Source: Eledone cirrhosa
Lineage: Eukaryota
DNA length: 64,000 nt
Direction of reading: 5' to 3'
Assembly (NCBI GenBank): GCA_964016885.1
Contig: OZ024741.1
Coordinates: forward strand, 231,136,001-231,200,000
Positions 27,904 through 42,756 of the stretch are shown here, in pieces. Below the pieces are notes generated by a model, which worked only from the letters and a program-made list of their open reading frames with translations, was not told the origin of the DNA and ran no database searches. The stretch's first letter is position 1. The number at the start of each line of letters is the position of its first letter. The translations under genes and the position numbers were made by a program.

Positions 27904-28338
27904 GATATTAACAAGTGGAAACTATATTTATAAAACCATATTTATTTCATTATACAGACTTCAAGGACACCAAGTTAAATTATGGTGTGCTTTCATCAGA
28001 TAAAATATAATATAGATCAATTTTATAAATAAATATTGACATACACTTAAAGAATGCAACCATTTCTTTTGGAAGCTCCCCGATAGCTCCCGTGAACTTC
28101 CAACAGAAATGGTCACATTCTTTAAGGGTATGTCAATATTTATTTATAAATATGCTCTATATTATATTTTATCTCATGAAGCCACACCATAATTTAACTT
28201 GGTGTCCTTGAAATATGTATAATGTAATAAATATGGTTTAATAAATATAGTTTCCATTTGTTAATATGTCGTATTTTTACTCCAATAATTTGTTGAGTGC
28301 TTTATATCAGTTATAAAAATATTTGCTTGTTGTATCCC
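27901..28338. mobile_element. ORF-less fold-back relative of the 10.5-13.7 kb PLE pseudo-LTR; duplicate at 39603-40059
   Basis: ~185-bp inverted arms centred near 28085. Terminus and tail are homologous to 10483 and 13602-13693. HHR cores are intact at 39645-39709 (-) and 39866-39930 (+) but mutated in copy 1. Confidence 0.82.
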
Positions 28339-28355
28339 AACAATTTAATTAGAAC

Positions 28356-28434
<79 letters not shown>

Positions 28435-28509
28435 AATATATATATATTTATATATATATATTTATATATATATATATATATGTTTATATATATATTTATA
28501 ATATATTTA

Positions 28510-29045
28510 TATATGAAAATTAGAGTTAAAACTCCAATATGAACCCTGTAACTATTGAGATCCAAGTATAAAAATACTGAGCCGATTAATAATATATATT
28601 GAGAAACAAAGTAAACCGTATGTCTAAAATTACAAGGTTTGAAAAACCACATTTGTTTGAAATATTTAACCAAGAAGCAGACAGAATGATAAAATAAAAA
28701 TATATTATTATACACACCGCCTCAATAACCATTATATCTCTCGGACAGATTATCTCTAATGTGTTTCGCCCTGAGTGTGTTTTTAACAGATAATTTTGGG
28801 CATCATCAGCGAGAGAATCTGCTTAAATGCAACAAACACTATTTGCCAACGTTCACACAGAAAGATGAATTTGTCACCTCGTGCGCCGCTAGTCAAACGT
28901 GGTAAGCACGTATTGAATAGAAATAACAGTCCAACACACACAACTTAATAAGCTCAACTTGTGAGGGAGCAGAAATATATATGAAAATTAGAGTTAAAAC
29001 TCCAATTGGAACCCTGTAACTATTGAGCTCAAAGTATAAAAATAT
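28510..29045 (-). repeat. ~470-bp tandem unit with an HHR-like motif; 2+ units at 40165-41150
   Basis: tctcg CTGATGA t gccc...gggc GAAACACATTA gaga at ~28753-28814; further copies near 40396 and 40862. Stems I and III are imperfect. Confidence 0.6.
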
Positions 29046-29076
29046 TTATATATATATTTACATATATATATATATT

Positions 29077-29134
<58 letters not shown>

Positions 29135-29397
29135 TATATATATATAGAAATATATATATATATATATAGAAATATAAATATAGAAATATATATATATTTA
29201 TATATAAATATAAATATATATATATATATTTATATATATACATATATATATATATAAATATATATATATATATTTATATATATACATATATATATATATT
29301 TATATATATACATATATATATATATATTTATATATATATACATGTATATATATATTTATATATATACATATATATATAAATATATTTATATATATAC

Positions 29398-29448
<51 letters not shown>

Positions 29449-29531
29449 AATATAAATATATATATATATATTTATATATATATATATAAATAATAATATA
29501 TATATACATATATTTATATATATATATATGA

Positions 29532-29577
<46 letters not shown>

Positions 29578-30462
29578 AAATATAAATATATATATATATA
29601 TTTATATATATATATATAAATATAAATATATATATATATATTTATATATATAAATATAAAAATATATATATATATTTATATATCTATATAAATATAAATA
29701 TATATAGATATATTTAAATATATATATATGGCTTGGCAAGTTATTTAGAACGCTGGTTTGAGACGTTTGTTTCCCCCTAAAGAAGAGATATTATCTCGAA
29801 TATTAAGGATATTTAAATAGATCTAAGGTAAAAGACGAATTGTCAACAATATCTTTTGCAATTGCATTCTTTTTTCTATGCCCATACCTGCATTGTTTTG
29901 GCTTTATTATACATATTCAAACGTTTATATATATATATATATTTATATATATACATATATATATAAATATTTATAAATATATATATATATTTATATATAT
30001 ACATATATATATAAATATATATAAATATATATATATATTTATATATATTTATATATATAGGTATATATATAAATATATATAAATAAATATATATATATAA
30101 ATATATATATATATTTATATATATACATATATATGAATAAATATATATATATAAATATATATAAATATATATAAATATATATAAATATATATAAATATAT
30201 ATATATTTATATTGTTATACTTTGGGAGGGTCATGTTGCCAATAAGAAACACACACACCACATGCTTTCACTTCAATTTATTATATATTTATAAACTTAG
30301 AAATTTATAAATTTATAAATTTCTGGTTGGTTGGTTGGTTCCACAACCAGATAGTTGTTTATATATAGTCATAGTTCCTTTGTCACACACTCTGTGACCT
30401 TTTCACTGACTGGGGATTCCTTTCTTTGTTTCTGTGCCTCTCCTTTGTTCTGTCCTACGCCA

Positions 30463-31984
30463 TATAGTAATAGTTACCTAGACACTAATGACCTTAGCAA
30501 CCTGTGTCCTACAAGACCAGCAAGAGGCAGACCACCTACCATTACCTTAATGGCCAAGAAAACCTACACAGATAGATGGAAGGGGTGGACCAGAGCAATG
30601 CGGACACCCGAAAACCACGATGAACTGAAGAAAATGATTGCACATGCGGTAGGGGCCAGCATAAAACTAACCCTTCAGGAATATATGTTCAAATTTAATG
30701 GAAAAACATATGCCCAAGAGGAAGGAGCAGCCATTGGTGTTAGCATTGCAGGCGACATAGCTAACTTATTCATAGTATGGTGGGACAGTAGACTTAAACT
30801 TAAACTTAAAGAACAATTAAAAGTCCCCTTAACCCTGATAATGTACTCCCGCTACGTAGATGATATAAACATCGTAGTTAAGACACCCCCACTAGAGAAC
30901 AGTCAGGAACTAGAGAAAAACACAATGGAAAGCATCCAGCAAATAGCAAACACCATCCACCAGAGCATTAGAGTTACTATAGACTACCCAAGTAAACACC
31001 CCAACCATCGATTACCTGTACTAGACACAGAGCTCTGGTTAGATACCATTAACAACAAAAAAACAAATCCTCCATTCCCATTATGCCAAACCCATGACTT
31101 CCAAACATCTGTTCCACCGAAACTCGGCCATTTCTGACCATACCAAAATCAACATACTGATTGCGGATTTCGTACGCGTGATGAGAAATGTGTCCCGCAT
31201 GTGCAACCCCGAAGAACTAGAAAGACACATACAACACTTCATCCACCGTATGCAGTTCTCTGGCTACAATCAGAGAGATAAAATCAGAGTGTATAGAGGA
31301 GCCAGAACCAAATGGGAAAAAATGGTAAATAATGACATAAATGGGACCTGCCCCTTGTATAGGAGCAAGTTTTGGAATAGAATAGAAAGAACTAGGAACA
31401 AGGCTAATAGAAGAAACTCATGGTATGATAGCAATAAATACCAGAGTGTAATGTTCATCGATACCACCCCTAGAGATGAACTAGCTTACAAATTTAGAAG
31501 GGCCCTAAATAAACATAAACTCAATATTAAGATAGTAGAAAGACCAGGTACCTCTGTAAAAACACTTATTAGCAAGACATACCCTTTTCAAAGACCCTCA
31601 TGTATAGATAAGAAATGTGTAACCTGTAAAATAAGCCCCCATATTAACTGTAAAACTAGAAATGTAGTGTATAGCATAGGATGTACTGAAGGACAATGTA
31701 GAGACAACAATATAGTGTACATAGGTGAGACAGCTCGTAGTGTAGGGGAACGGATAAATGAACACTGGCGAGACCTTCAAGATAATGAAGAATCATCTGT
31801 ACTCTACCAACATTCTAAGATAGAACACAAGGGTAAATTAGAGAACATAGAAATAAAAATAGAATCTACACACAGAAAAGACGCAATGTTTAGACAAATT
31901 ACAGAGGCAATAAACATAAAAGAATTACAACCAAAATTAAATAGAAAATATGAGTGGAACAGCAACATCACAACTTACAATTAA
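30463..31984 (+). pseudogene. PLE reverse transcriptase plus GIY-YIG endonuclease, 5'-truncated, one frameshift
   Basis: RT motifs GAAIGVSIAGDIANL, SRYVDDI, LPVLD. Frameshift at the A-run near 31060. Endonuclease reads C..CVTC..C..NVVYSIGC..VYIGETARSVGERINEH..R..EA. Confidence 0.9.
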
Positions 31985-32178
31985 GGACAAAATGAAAACA
32001 CACACACACATAGAACAAACAACCAACCATGTAAATAAACAATTAGATAAATGAACATAAACACACACAGACACCCGGATGTGGCGCATGCGCAGACTGA
32101 GCACACAACACACACACAGAACCAAAATGGCATAGGACAGAACAAAGGAGAGTCAGAGAAACAAAGAAAGGAATCCCC

Positions 32179-32223
32179 AGTCACTGAAGAGGTCACAGAG
32201 TGTGTGACGAAAGAACTATGACT
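32179..32223 (+). ncRNA. Type I hammerhead in PLE 3' pseudo-LTR
   Basis: agtca CTGAAGA g gtcaca gagtg tgtgac GAA AGAACT A tgact. Intact core also at ~35562-35606 (-); inactivated copy at 30367-30411 (-). Confidence 0.85.
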
Positions 32224-32741
32224 ATATATAAACAACTATCTGGTTGTGGAACCAACCAACCAACCAGAAATTTATAAATTTATAAATTTGTACATTTATA
32301 AATATATAATAAATTGAAGTGAAAGCAACTGGTGCGTGTGTTTCTTATTGGCAACATGACCCCCCCAAAGTATAACAATATCGGTTTCAACACACGATTT
32401 CAGATAAAGAATGTTGCTAAACAAATTCAGAAACGAAATATGTATTTATATATATACATATATATATATAAATATATATATATATTTATATATATACATA
32501 TATATATATTTATATATATACATATATATATATAAATATATATATATATATTTATATATATACATATATACATATATAAATACATATATGAATATATATA
32601 AGAATTGAAATATTAGAGTGTGTTGGAGTTAAACACCCTCTTCGTATTATAGAAATGACAGTAAAGGTATAGATCAATTTAATTAAACAGAGCCGAAGAA
32701 TTATGAAAATAAACCAAAGAAGCTTTCAATACATCAAAAGT

Positions 32742-32795
32742 CTTTATTAGCCAACAATGTTTCGTCCTATTAAGGACTCATCAGGGCAATTAAAG
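32742..32795 (-). ncRNA. Canonical type I hammerhead; identical copy at 42899-42952
   Basis: gcc CTGATGA gtcc ttaata ggac GAA ACATTGT T ggc, with extended stem I ctttaatt/taataaag. Confidence 0.9.
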
Positions 32796-33371
32796 CTATA
32801 AGAAGCACTATCAGCCAATACAAGCCGATAACTCAGAAGAAAATGGAGTGTACATAGATTAAATCATAAGAAAATAATCGGGTAAAAATTATCAAGTAAA
32901 AAATTATCAAGTAAAACATTATCAAGTGAAAATTGCTAAGGAAGTAAGTAACATTTTGAACCATATTACAAATATAGTCCAATGCAAAAACTAGAGCTAA
33001 GACAGGGGTGGTGATATAGAGCGGGAATTATTGTACTATATATAATATAATATAATATAATTAATAATGATAATAATAATAATGTTAATAGGCCCAATAT
33101 ACATATATATATATATACATATGTACACATATATACATATATATCAATACACATTTCCATCAATAGAAGCACAAACTAACCCTTATTAAGAGTTTAAATA
33201 TAAATAAGAATAATAATAATAAAAATAAAAATAAAAATAAAAATACAAATTAAAATAAAATTAAAATATAATACATATAAAATTTACAGTATATATTTAT
33301 GTATTTATATATATATTTATATATTTATATATATATATATATATTTATTTATATATTTATATATATATATA

Positions 33372-35357
33372 AAAACAAATGACGAAACGAAATTAAATTT
33401 CGTTTCGTTTGTAACTCACTTTTGTATGACTGACGCTTAAACAATTAAGTTAAAAAAATTACATCTACATATGCATACTGAAATACTAGTGTGTATATGA
33501 ATACACACACGTATACATATGTATATGTAACAAGTCTTTCACTGGTTGCTTTACTGTGAGCACCCAGCTATTCTGTATGTAAACACACAGACAAACCGGT
33601 TTTTAGAGTCATACTGGTTTTTGAGGGAACACCTTCCCTCTATTCCCTAGAAAGCCAGACAAGGAATATTGAACTAGTTTCGTTGTTGTTACAACTCATC
33701 AGCAATATTTACCTATCTACCGGCCTTTCTGGAGAATTGTAAAAGCACATATCGTTATATGCTTTTTCTATGAAAATTAGTAGTGGGCAGACTAATTTGC
33801 ATAGAGTGTGAGTACGCACCGGTTCAGCGGAGACGATAAAAACAAATGACGAAACGAAATTAAATTTCGTTTCGTTTGTAACTCACTTTTGTATGACTGA
33901 CGCTTAAACAATTAAGTTAAAAAAATTACATCTACATATGCATACTGAAATACTAGTGTGTATATGAATACACACACGTATACATATGTATATGTAACAA
34001 GTCTTTCACTGGTTGCTTTACTGTGAGCACCCAGCTATTCTGTATGTAAACACACAGACAAAACGGTTTTTAGAGTCATACTGGTTTTTGAGGGAACACC
34101 TTCCCTCTATTCTCCAGAAAGCCAGACAAGGAATATTGAACTAGTTTCGTTGTTGTTACAACTCATCAGCAATATTTACCTATCTACCGGCCTTTCTGGA
34201 GAATTGTAAAAGCACATATCGTTATATGCTTTTTCTATGAAAATTAGTAGTGGGCAGACTAATTTGCATAGAGTGTGAGTACGCACCGGTTCAGCGGAGA
34301 CGATAAAAACAAATGACGAAACGAAATTAAATTTCGTTTCGTTTGTAACTCACTTTTGTATGACTGACGCTTAAACAATTAAGTTAAAAAAATTACATCT
34401 ACATATGCATACTGAAATACTAGTGTGTATATGAATACACACACGTATACATATGTATATGTAACAAGTCTTTCACTGGTTGCTTTACTGTGAACACCCA
34501 GCTATTTTGTATGTAAACACACAGACAAACCGGTTTTTAGAGTCATACTGGTTTTTGAGGGAACACCTTCCCTCTATTCCCCAGAAAGCCAGACAAGGAA
34601 TATTGAACTAGTTTCGTTGTTGTTACAACTCATCAGCAATATTTACCTATCTACCGGCCTTTCTGGAGAATTGTAAAAGCACATATCGTTATATGCTTTT
34701 TCTATGAAAATTAGTAGTGGGCAGACTAATTTTCATAGAGTGTTTACATACAGAGTAGCTGGGTGCTCACAGTAAAGCAACCAGTGAAAGACTTGTTACA
34801 TATACATATATATATACGTGTGTGTATTCATATACACACTAGTATTTCAGTATGCACATGTAGATGTAATTTTTTTAACTTAATTGTTTAAGCGTCAGTC
34901 ATACAAAAGTGAGTTACAAACGAAACGAAATTTAATTTCGTTTCGTCATTTGTTTTAATCGTCTCCGCTGAACCGGTGCGTACTCACACTCTATGCAAAT
35001 TAGTCTGCCCACTACTAATTTTCATAGAAAAAGCATATAACGATATGTGCTTTTACAATTCTCCAGAAAGGCCGGTAGATAGGTAAATATTGCTGATGAG
35101 TTGTAACAACAACAAAACTAGTTCAATATTCCTTGTCTGGCTTTCTGGAGAATAGAGGGAAGGTGTTCCCTCAAAAACCAGTATGACTCTAAAAACCGGT
35201 TTGTCTGTGTGTTTACATACAGAATAGCTGGGTGCTCACAGTAAAGCAACCAGTGAAAGACTTGTTACATATACATATGTATACGTGTGTGTATTCATAT
35301 ACACACTAGTATTTCAGTATGCATATGTAGATGTACTTTTTTTTTAACTTAATTGTT
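33372..35357 (-). mobile_element. 467-bp HHR tandem array (~3 direct plus ~1.3 inverted units), candidate retrozyme
   Basis: Units start at 33372, 33839 and 34306; inversion near 34741. HHR aatattg CTGATGA gttg taacaa caac GAA ACTAGT T caatatt at 33665-33709, 34132-34176 and 34599-34643. The + copy at 35086-35130 has G12 to A. Confidence 0.9.
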
Positions 35358-35379
35358 TATATATATATATTTATATATA

Positions 35380-35419
<40 letters not shown>

Positions 35420-35423
<4 letters not shown>

Positions 35424-35740
35424 CTTTGGGAGGGTCATGTTGCCAATAAGAAACACACGCACCAGTTGCTTCACTTCAATTTATTATATATTTATAAATT
35501 TACAAATTTATAAATTTCTGGTTGGTTGGTTGGTTCCACAACCAGATAGTTGTTTATATATAGTCATAGTTCTTTCGTCACACACTCTGTGACCTCTTCA
35601 GTGAATGGGGATTCTTTCTTTGTTTCTGTGCCTCTCCTTTGTTCTGTCCTACGCCATTTTGTTTCCCAAAGTATAACAATATAGGTTTCAACACACGATT
35701 TCAGATAAAGAATCTTGCGAATCAAATTCAGAAACGATAT
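35420..35740. mobile_element. ORF-less derivative of the 30.2-32.4 kb PLE pseudo-LTR; others at 56637-57022 and 60264-60503
   Basis: Shared terminus atactttgggagggtcatgttgccaataag and tail ggtttcaacacacgatttcagataaag; all copies lie in (TA)n. Confidence 0.85.
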
Positions 35741-35787
35741 ATTTATATATATATTGATATATATATCTATTTATATATATATATATT

Positions 35788-35820
<33 letters not shown>

Positions 35821-35885
35821 ATTTATATATATATATATTTATATATATATACATATATATATATATATTTATATATATATATACG

Positions 35886-35928
<43 letters not shown>

Positions 35929-37528
35929 ACACACACACATATATATATATAAGTATATTTATATCATAAAACATATCTATAGAGTCACAAGATAAATATA
36001 TATACCATTTCCTCTCCCAATTAGAATAATTAACCATATAAAAAATCGAATAGACCAGGCTATAAGAATAAGGCTTCTATGAAGAAATCTCCAACAGATA
36101 ACCGAAACTAGACCTTAGCGTCGGCTGCGACGGAATATTTATCGAATATTTCGACAGCGTAATCGCCCAGATATACAGAATTAGGTGTAAAATAAACAAG
36201 GAGAAAAGGGACTACATTTATTTACATCGACCATGGTTTGGTCCGCATTTTGAGATTTCCAATAACTTCGGAAACTGGAGCACCGGACTCTTTAAGTCTT
36301 TGCTCAAATCTAGACAATACATTTTCCGAAGTGATCGCGCCAAGATTACATTAAAAAATGTCTAAGGATCGTGACGTAGCAGCGGTCAGGTTGGAAGGAG
36401 TGTGGTCAGTTGCTTACAGCTGGTGGCTTTTTGCTAGAAAGCACAGCACAATACAGCCAAATTTGTATTTCAACCTTACAGGAGAATATTACATATGAAG
36501 GATTACATATAAATATATATATATATATACATACATATACGTGTTTTGCAACGGGTCACTTTGTGGCTCAATGAAAAGTTAATAAATTAAATAATCAGAG
36601 CTATATATCCTAAAACATGTCTATAGAATATCCAGATAAAATATATACCATTTCCTCTCCCAATTAGCATAATTAACCATATAAAATATCGAATCGACCA
36701 GGCTATAAGAATAAGGCTTCTATGAAGAAATCTCCAACAAATAACCGAAACTAGCCCTTCGCGTCGGCTGCGACGGAATGTTTATCGAATATTTCAACAG
36801 CGTAATCGCCCAGATATACAGTCAATTAAACAGAATTAGGTGTAAAATAAACTAGGAGAAAAGATAATACATTTATTTACCTCGACCACGGTTTCGTCCG
36901 CATTTTAAGATTTCCAATAACTTGGGAAACTCGAGCACCGGACTCTTCAGGAGTTTGCTCAAATCTAGACAATAAATTTTCCAAAGTGATCGCGCCAAGA
37001 ATACATTAAAAAATGGCTAAGAATCGTGACGTAGCAGCGGTCAGGTTGGAAGGAGTGTGGTCAGTTGCTTACGGCTGGTGGCTTTTTGCTAGAAAACACA
37101 GCACAATACAGCCAAATTTGTATCTCAACCTTACAGGAGATTATTACATATAAAGGTTTACATATATATATATATACATACATACATATACGTGTTTTGC
37201 AACGGGTCACTTTTTGGCTCAATGAAAAGTTAATAAATTAAATAATCAGAGCTATATATCATATATATCTAATTGGGAGAGGAAATGGTATATATTTTAT
37301 CTGGTGATTCTATAGACATGTTTTATGATATATAGCTCTGATTATTTAATTTATTAACTTTTCATTGAGCCACAAAGTGACCCGTTGCAAAACACGTATA
37401 TTTATGTATGTATATATATATATATATATATATGTAAACCTTTATATATATATATATTTATATATATATATTTATATATATTTTAATATATATATTTATA
37501 TATATTTTAATATATATATTTATATATA

Positions 37529-37594
<66 letters not shown>

Positions 37595-37744
37595 AATATA
37601 TTTACATATATATTTATATATATATATATGTATATATTTATATATATTTACATATATATGTATATATATATATTTATTTGTATATATATATATTTATTTG
37701 TATATATATATATTTGTATATATATATATATTTATATATATATA

Positions 37745-37809
<65 letters not shown>

Positions 37810-37810
37810 T

Positions 37811-37845
<35 letters not shown>

Positions 37846-37846
37846 T

Positions 37847-37955
<109 letters not shown>

Positions 37956-38851
37956 ATATTTATTTATATATATATATATATTTATATATAGAAGGATTTA
38001 AATGCATACAGTTCAGTAAAAGGAATTTATTGACACGTGTTTCAAGAACGGTTATATAACCTGAAAACAGCTGCTATCTACAAAGTATTAATTATGCAGA
38101 CACTCAATATTTCAATGTTATTTTCAACTATCATTTCATCAGAATAATCTCATTGAGGACTTGTTTGGTTTTTATAGAGAATATTATGAGGGAGGAGTCA
38201 AATTAGAAGAATAGTTAAGGGAGTGTATAGGAATTTTTGATAGCAGTGGGTAATTAGATTCTCATATGTTGTTTTGACATGTTTATAGAATACATTATTT
38301 GGCGTTGGTTATTTTTCTATATCTATAGAAGGATTAGAGATAGGAATGATATGCATGGTTGGTTTTGTGTTTGCACTTAATTAACATACAGACTTAAATT
38401 TTTCTATCAAGTGTGTGTATCCGTTCGGTTTTGTAGTTAGGTTTACTCTGGAGTAGTATTGCGGACGAACTTAGGTGTGGTTTATTTATGTTCTGTAGTG
38501 TATTGTCTACTGTTATTTTGTGCTCTTTGTACTTAAGTTTTTAGTGTTTTCGTTAAACCTTCTAGTATTGATCTTTTTTATGTGTTGTTCAAGGTTTAAC
38601 GCTGTAGAGTATGACAGTCTTATAGTGGTAGGGTTTAGGATTGTGTGGTATTTGTGTGATGTAGGGAAATGCTTCCTAACTATTTTAAAGAAGAGTACTG
38701 GTAAATTTGTACTAATGGAACTATTGTATTCAGGGTTATACCATAAGTACTCTTTGCATCGCTTTCTATTAGTTTTGTTTGTTGGTTTACTGGTGTGTAC
38801 ACTATGGTAGTAAGTGTGGTTTGGTGTTGTGTTATTATTTCGACCTATATT

Positions 38852-38884
<33 letters not shown>

Positions 38885-38923
38885 TTATAGAAATTTATAT
38901 ATTTATATATTTATATATACATT

Positions 38924-39002
<79 letters not shown>

Positions 39003-39189
39003 ATAGATATGTCTCATTTGAAATGATACAGCCAATTTTCCACGCAATACTTTTAGTTAGCACCCCGAACACATAATTGGGAATATAATCACTTATTTCC
39101 TAATGTTTGTTGAGTGAGTTGGAATTTGGCCGGAGTATCGCTAAAAAGCTTTCTCCGATATTGTATTTATATATATATATATTTATATA

Positions 39190-39243
<54 letters not shown>

Positions 39244-39275
39244 TATATATATATATATTTATATATATTTATATA

Positions 39276-39374
<99 letters not shown>

Positions 39375-40065
39375 TTAATATATTTATATATATATATATA
39401 TTTATATATTTATATATATATATATATTTATATATATATTTATATATATATTTATATATATATATATATTTATATATATTTTTATATATATATTTATATA
39501 TATATATATATTTATATATATTTTTATATATATATTTATATATATATATATATTTATATATATTTTTATATATATATTTATATATATATATACATTTATA
39601 TATACGATATTAACAAATGGAAACTATATTTATAAAACCATATTTATTTCATTATACATATTTCAAGGACACCAAGTTAAATTATGGTGTGCTTTCATCA
39701 GATAAAATATAATATAGATCAATTTTATAAATAAATATGACATACACTTAAAGAATGCAACCATTTCTTTTGGAAGCTCCCCGATAGGTCACGGGAACTT
39801 CCAACAGAAATGGTCATATTCTTTAAGGGTATGTCAATATTTATTTATAAATATGCTCTATATTATATTTTATCTGATGAAACCACACCATAATTTAACT
39901 TGGTGTCCTTGAAATATGTATAATGTAATAAATATGGTTTAATAAATATAGTTTTCATTTGTTAATATATCGTATTTTTACTCCAATAATTTGTTGAGTG
40001 CTTTATATCAGTTATAAAAATATTTGCCTGTTGTATCCCAACAATTTAAATAGAACTTCTACATA

Positions 40066-40101
<36 letters not shown>

Positions 40102-41207
40102 AATATATATATATTTATATATATATATTTATATATATATATATGTTTATATATATATTTATATATGAACATTAGAGTTAAAACCCTGTAACTATTGAGC
40201 TCGAAGTATAAAAATACTGAGCCGATTAAGAATATATAGTAAGAAACACAGTAAACCGTGAGTCTAAAATTACAAGGGTTGAAAAACCACATTTGTTTGA
40301 AATATTTAACCAAGAAGCAGACAGAATGATAAAATAAAAATATATTATTATACAAACCGCCTCAATAACCATTATATCTCTCGGACAGATTATCACTAAT
40401 CTGTTTCGCCCTGAGTGTGTTTGTAACAGATAATTTTGTGCATCATCAGCGATAGTATCTGATTAAATGCAACAAGCACTAATTGCCAACGTTTACACAG
40501 AAATATGAATTTGTCACCTCGTGCGCCGCTAGTCAAACGTGGTAAGCGCGTATTGAATAGAAATAACAGCCCAACACACAACTTAATAAGCTCAACTTGT
40601 GAGGGAGCAGAAATATATATGAAAATTAGAGTTAAAACTCCAATTGGAACCCTGTAACTATTGAGATCCAAGTATAAAAATACTGAGCCGATTAATAATA
40701 TATAGTAAGAAACACAGTAAACCGTGTGTCTAAAATTACAAGGGTTGAAAAACCACATTTGTTTGAAATCTTTAACCAAGAAGCAGACAGAATGATAAAA
40801 TAAAAATATATTATTATACAAACCGCCTCAATAACCATAATATCTCTCGGACAGATTATCCCTAATCTGTTTCGCCCTGAGTGTGTTTGTAACAGATAAT
40901 CTTGTGCATCATCAGCGAGAGAATCTGATTAAATGCAACAAACACTATTTGCCAACGTTCACACAGAAAGATGAATTTGTCACCTCGTGCGCCGTTAGTA
41001 AAACCTGGTAAGCGCGTATTGAATAGAAATAACAGTGCAACACACACAACTTAATAAGCTCAACTTATGAGGGAGCAGAAAAATATATGAAAATTAGAGT
41101 TAAAACTCCAATTGGAACCCTGTAACTATTGAGCTCCAAGTATAAAAATATGTATATATATATTTATGTATATATATATATATATTTATATATATAAATA
41201 TATATAA

Positions 41208-41362
<155 letters not shown>

Positions 41363-41363
41363 C

Positions 41364-41502
<139 letters not shown>

Positions 41503-41644
41503 AATATATAAATATATATATATATTTAATATATACATATATATATATATTTATATATATACATATATATATAAATATATAAATATATATATATATACAA
41601 ATATAAATATATATATATATATTTATATATATATATAAATAAAA

Positions 41645-41675
<31 letters not shown>

Positions 41676-42439
41676 AATATAAATATATATATATATATTT
41701 ATATATATATAAATATATATATATATATTTATATATATATATAATAAATAAAAATATATATATATATTTATATATATATATAAATATAAATATATATATA
41801 TATATTTAAATATATATATGGCTTGGCAAGATATTTAGAACGCTGCTTTGAGACGTTTATTTCCCTCTAAAGAAGAGATATTATCTCGAATATTAAGGAC
41901 ATTTAAATAAATCTAAGGTAAAAGACGAATTGTCAACAATATCTTCTGCAATTGCATTCTTTTTTCTATGCCCATACCTGCATTGTTTTGGCTTTATTAT
42001 ACATATTCAAACGTTTATATATATATATATATATTTATATATATACATATATATATAAATATTTATAAATATATATATATATTTATATATATACATATAT
42101 ATATATATAAATATATATAATTATATATATATATTTATATATATTTATATATATATGTATATATATAAATATATATATATATATTTATATATATTTATAT
42201 ATATATGTATATATATAAATATATATGAATAAATATATATATATAAATATATCTATATATTTATATATATATGTATATATATAAATATATATAAATAAAT
42301 ATATATATATAAATATATATATATATTTATATATATACTTATATATAAATAAATATATATATATAAATATATATAAATATATATAAATATATATAAATAT
42401 ATATAAATATATATATATTTATATATATACATATATATT

Positions 42440-42471
<32 letters not shown>

Positions 42472-42643
42472 AACGTTAGAATATGTGTAATAAGGCCAAG
42501 ACAATGCAGATATGGACATAGAAAAAGAATGCAATAGTGAGAGATATTGATGAGAATTCGTCTTTCACCTTGAATTTATTTAAATGTCCTATAACCTCCT
42601 CCATATATATATATATTTATATATATACATATATATATATATT

Positions 42644-42708
<65 letters not shown>

Positions 42709-42756
42709 TTATATATATACATATATATATATATAAATATATATATAAATATATAT

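Larger units (their letters stand above)
30210..32440 (+). mobile_element. Penelope-like element of a second lineage, with inverted pseudo-LTRs (30210-30462 and 32127-32380) plus tail
   Basis: RT-GIY-YIG ORF between ~250-bp inverted repeats; inserted in (TA)n; absent from duplication copy 2. Confidence 0.93.
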
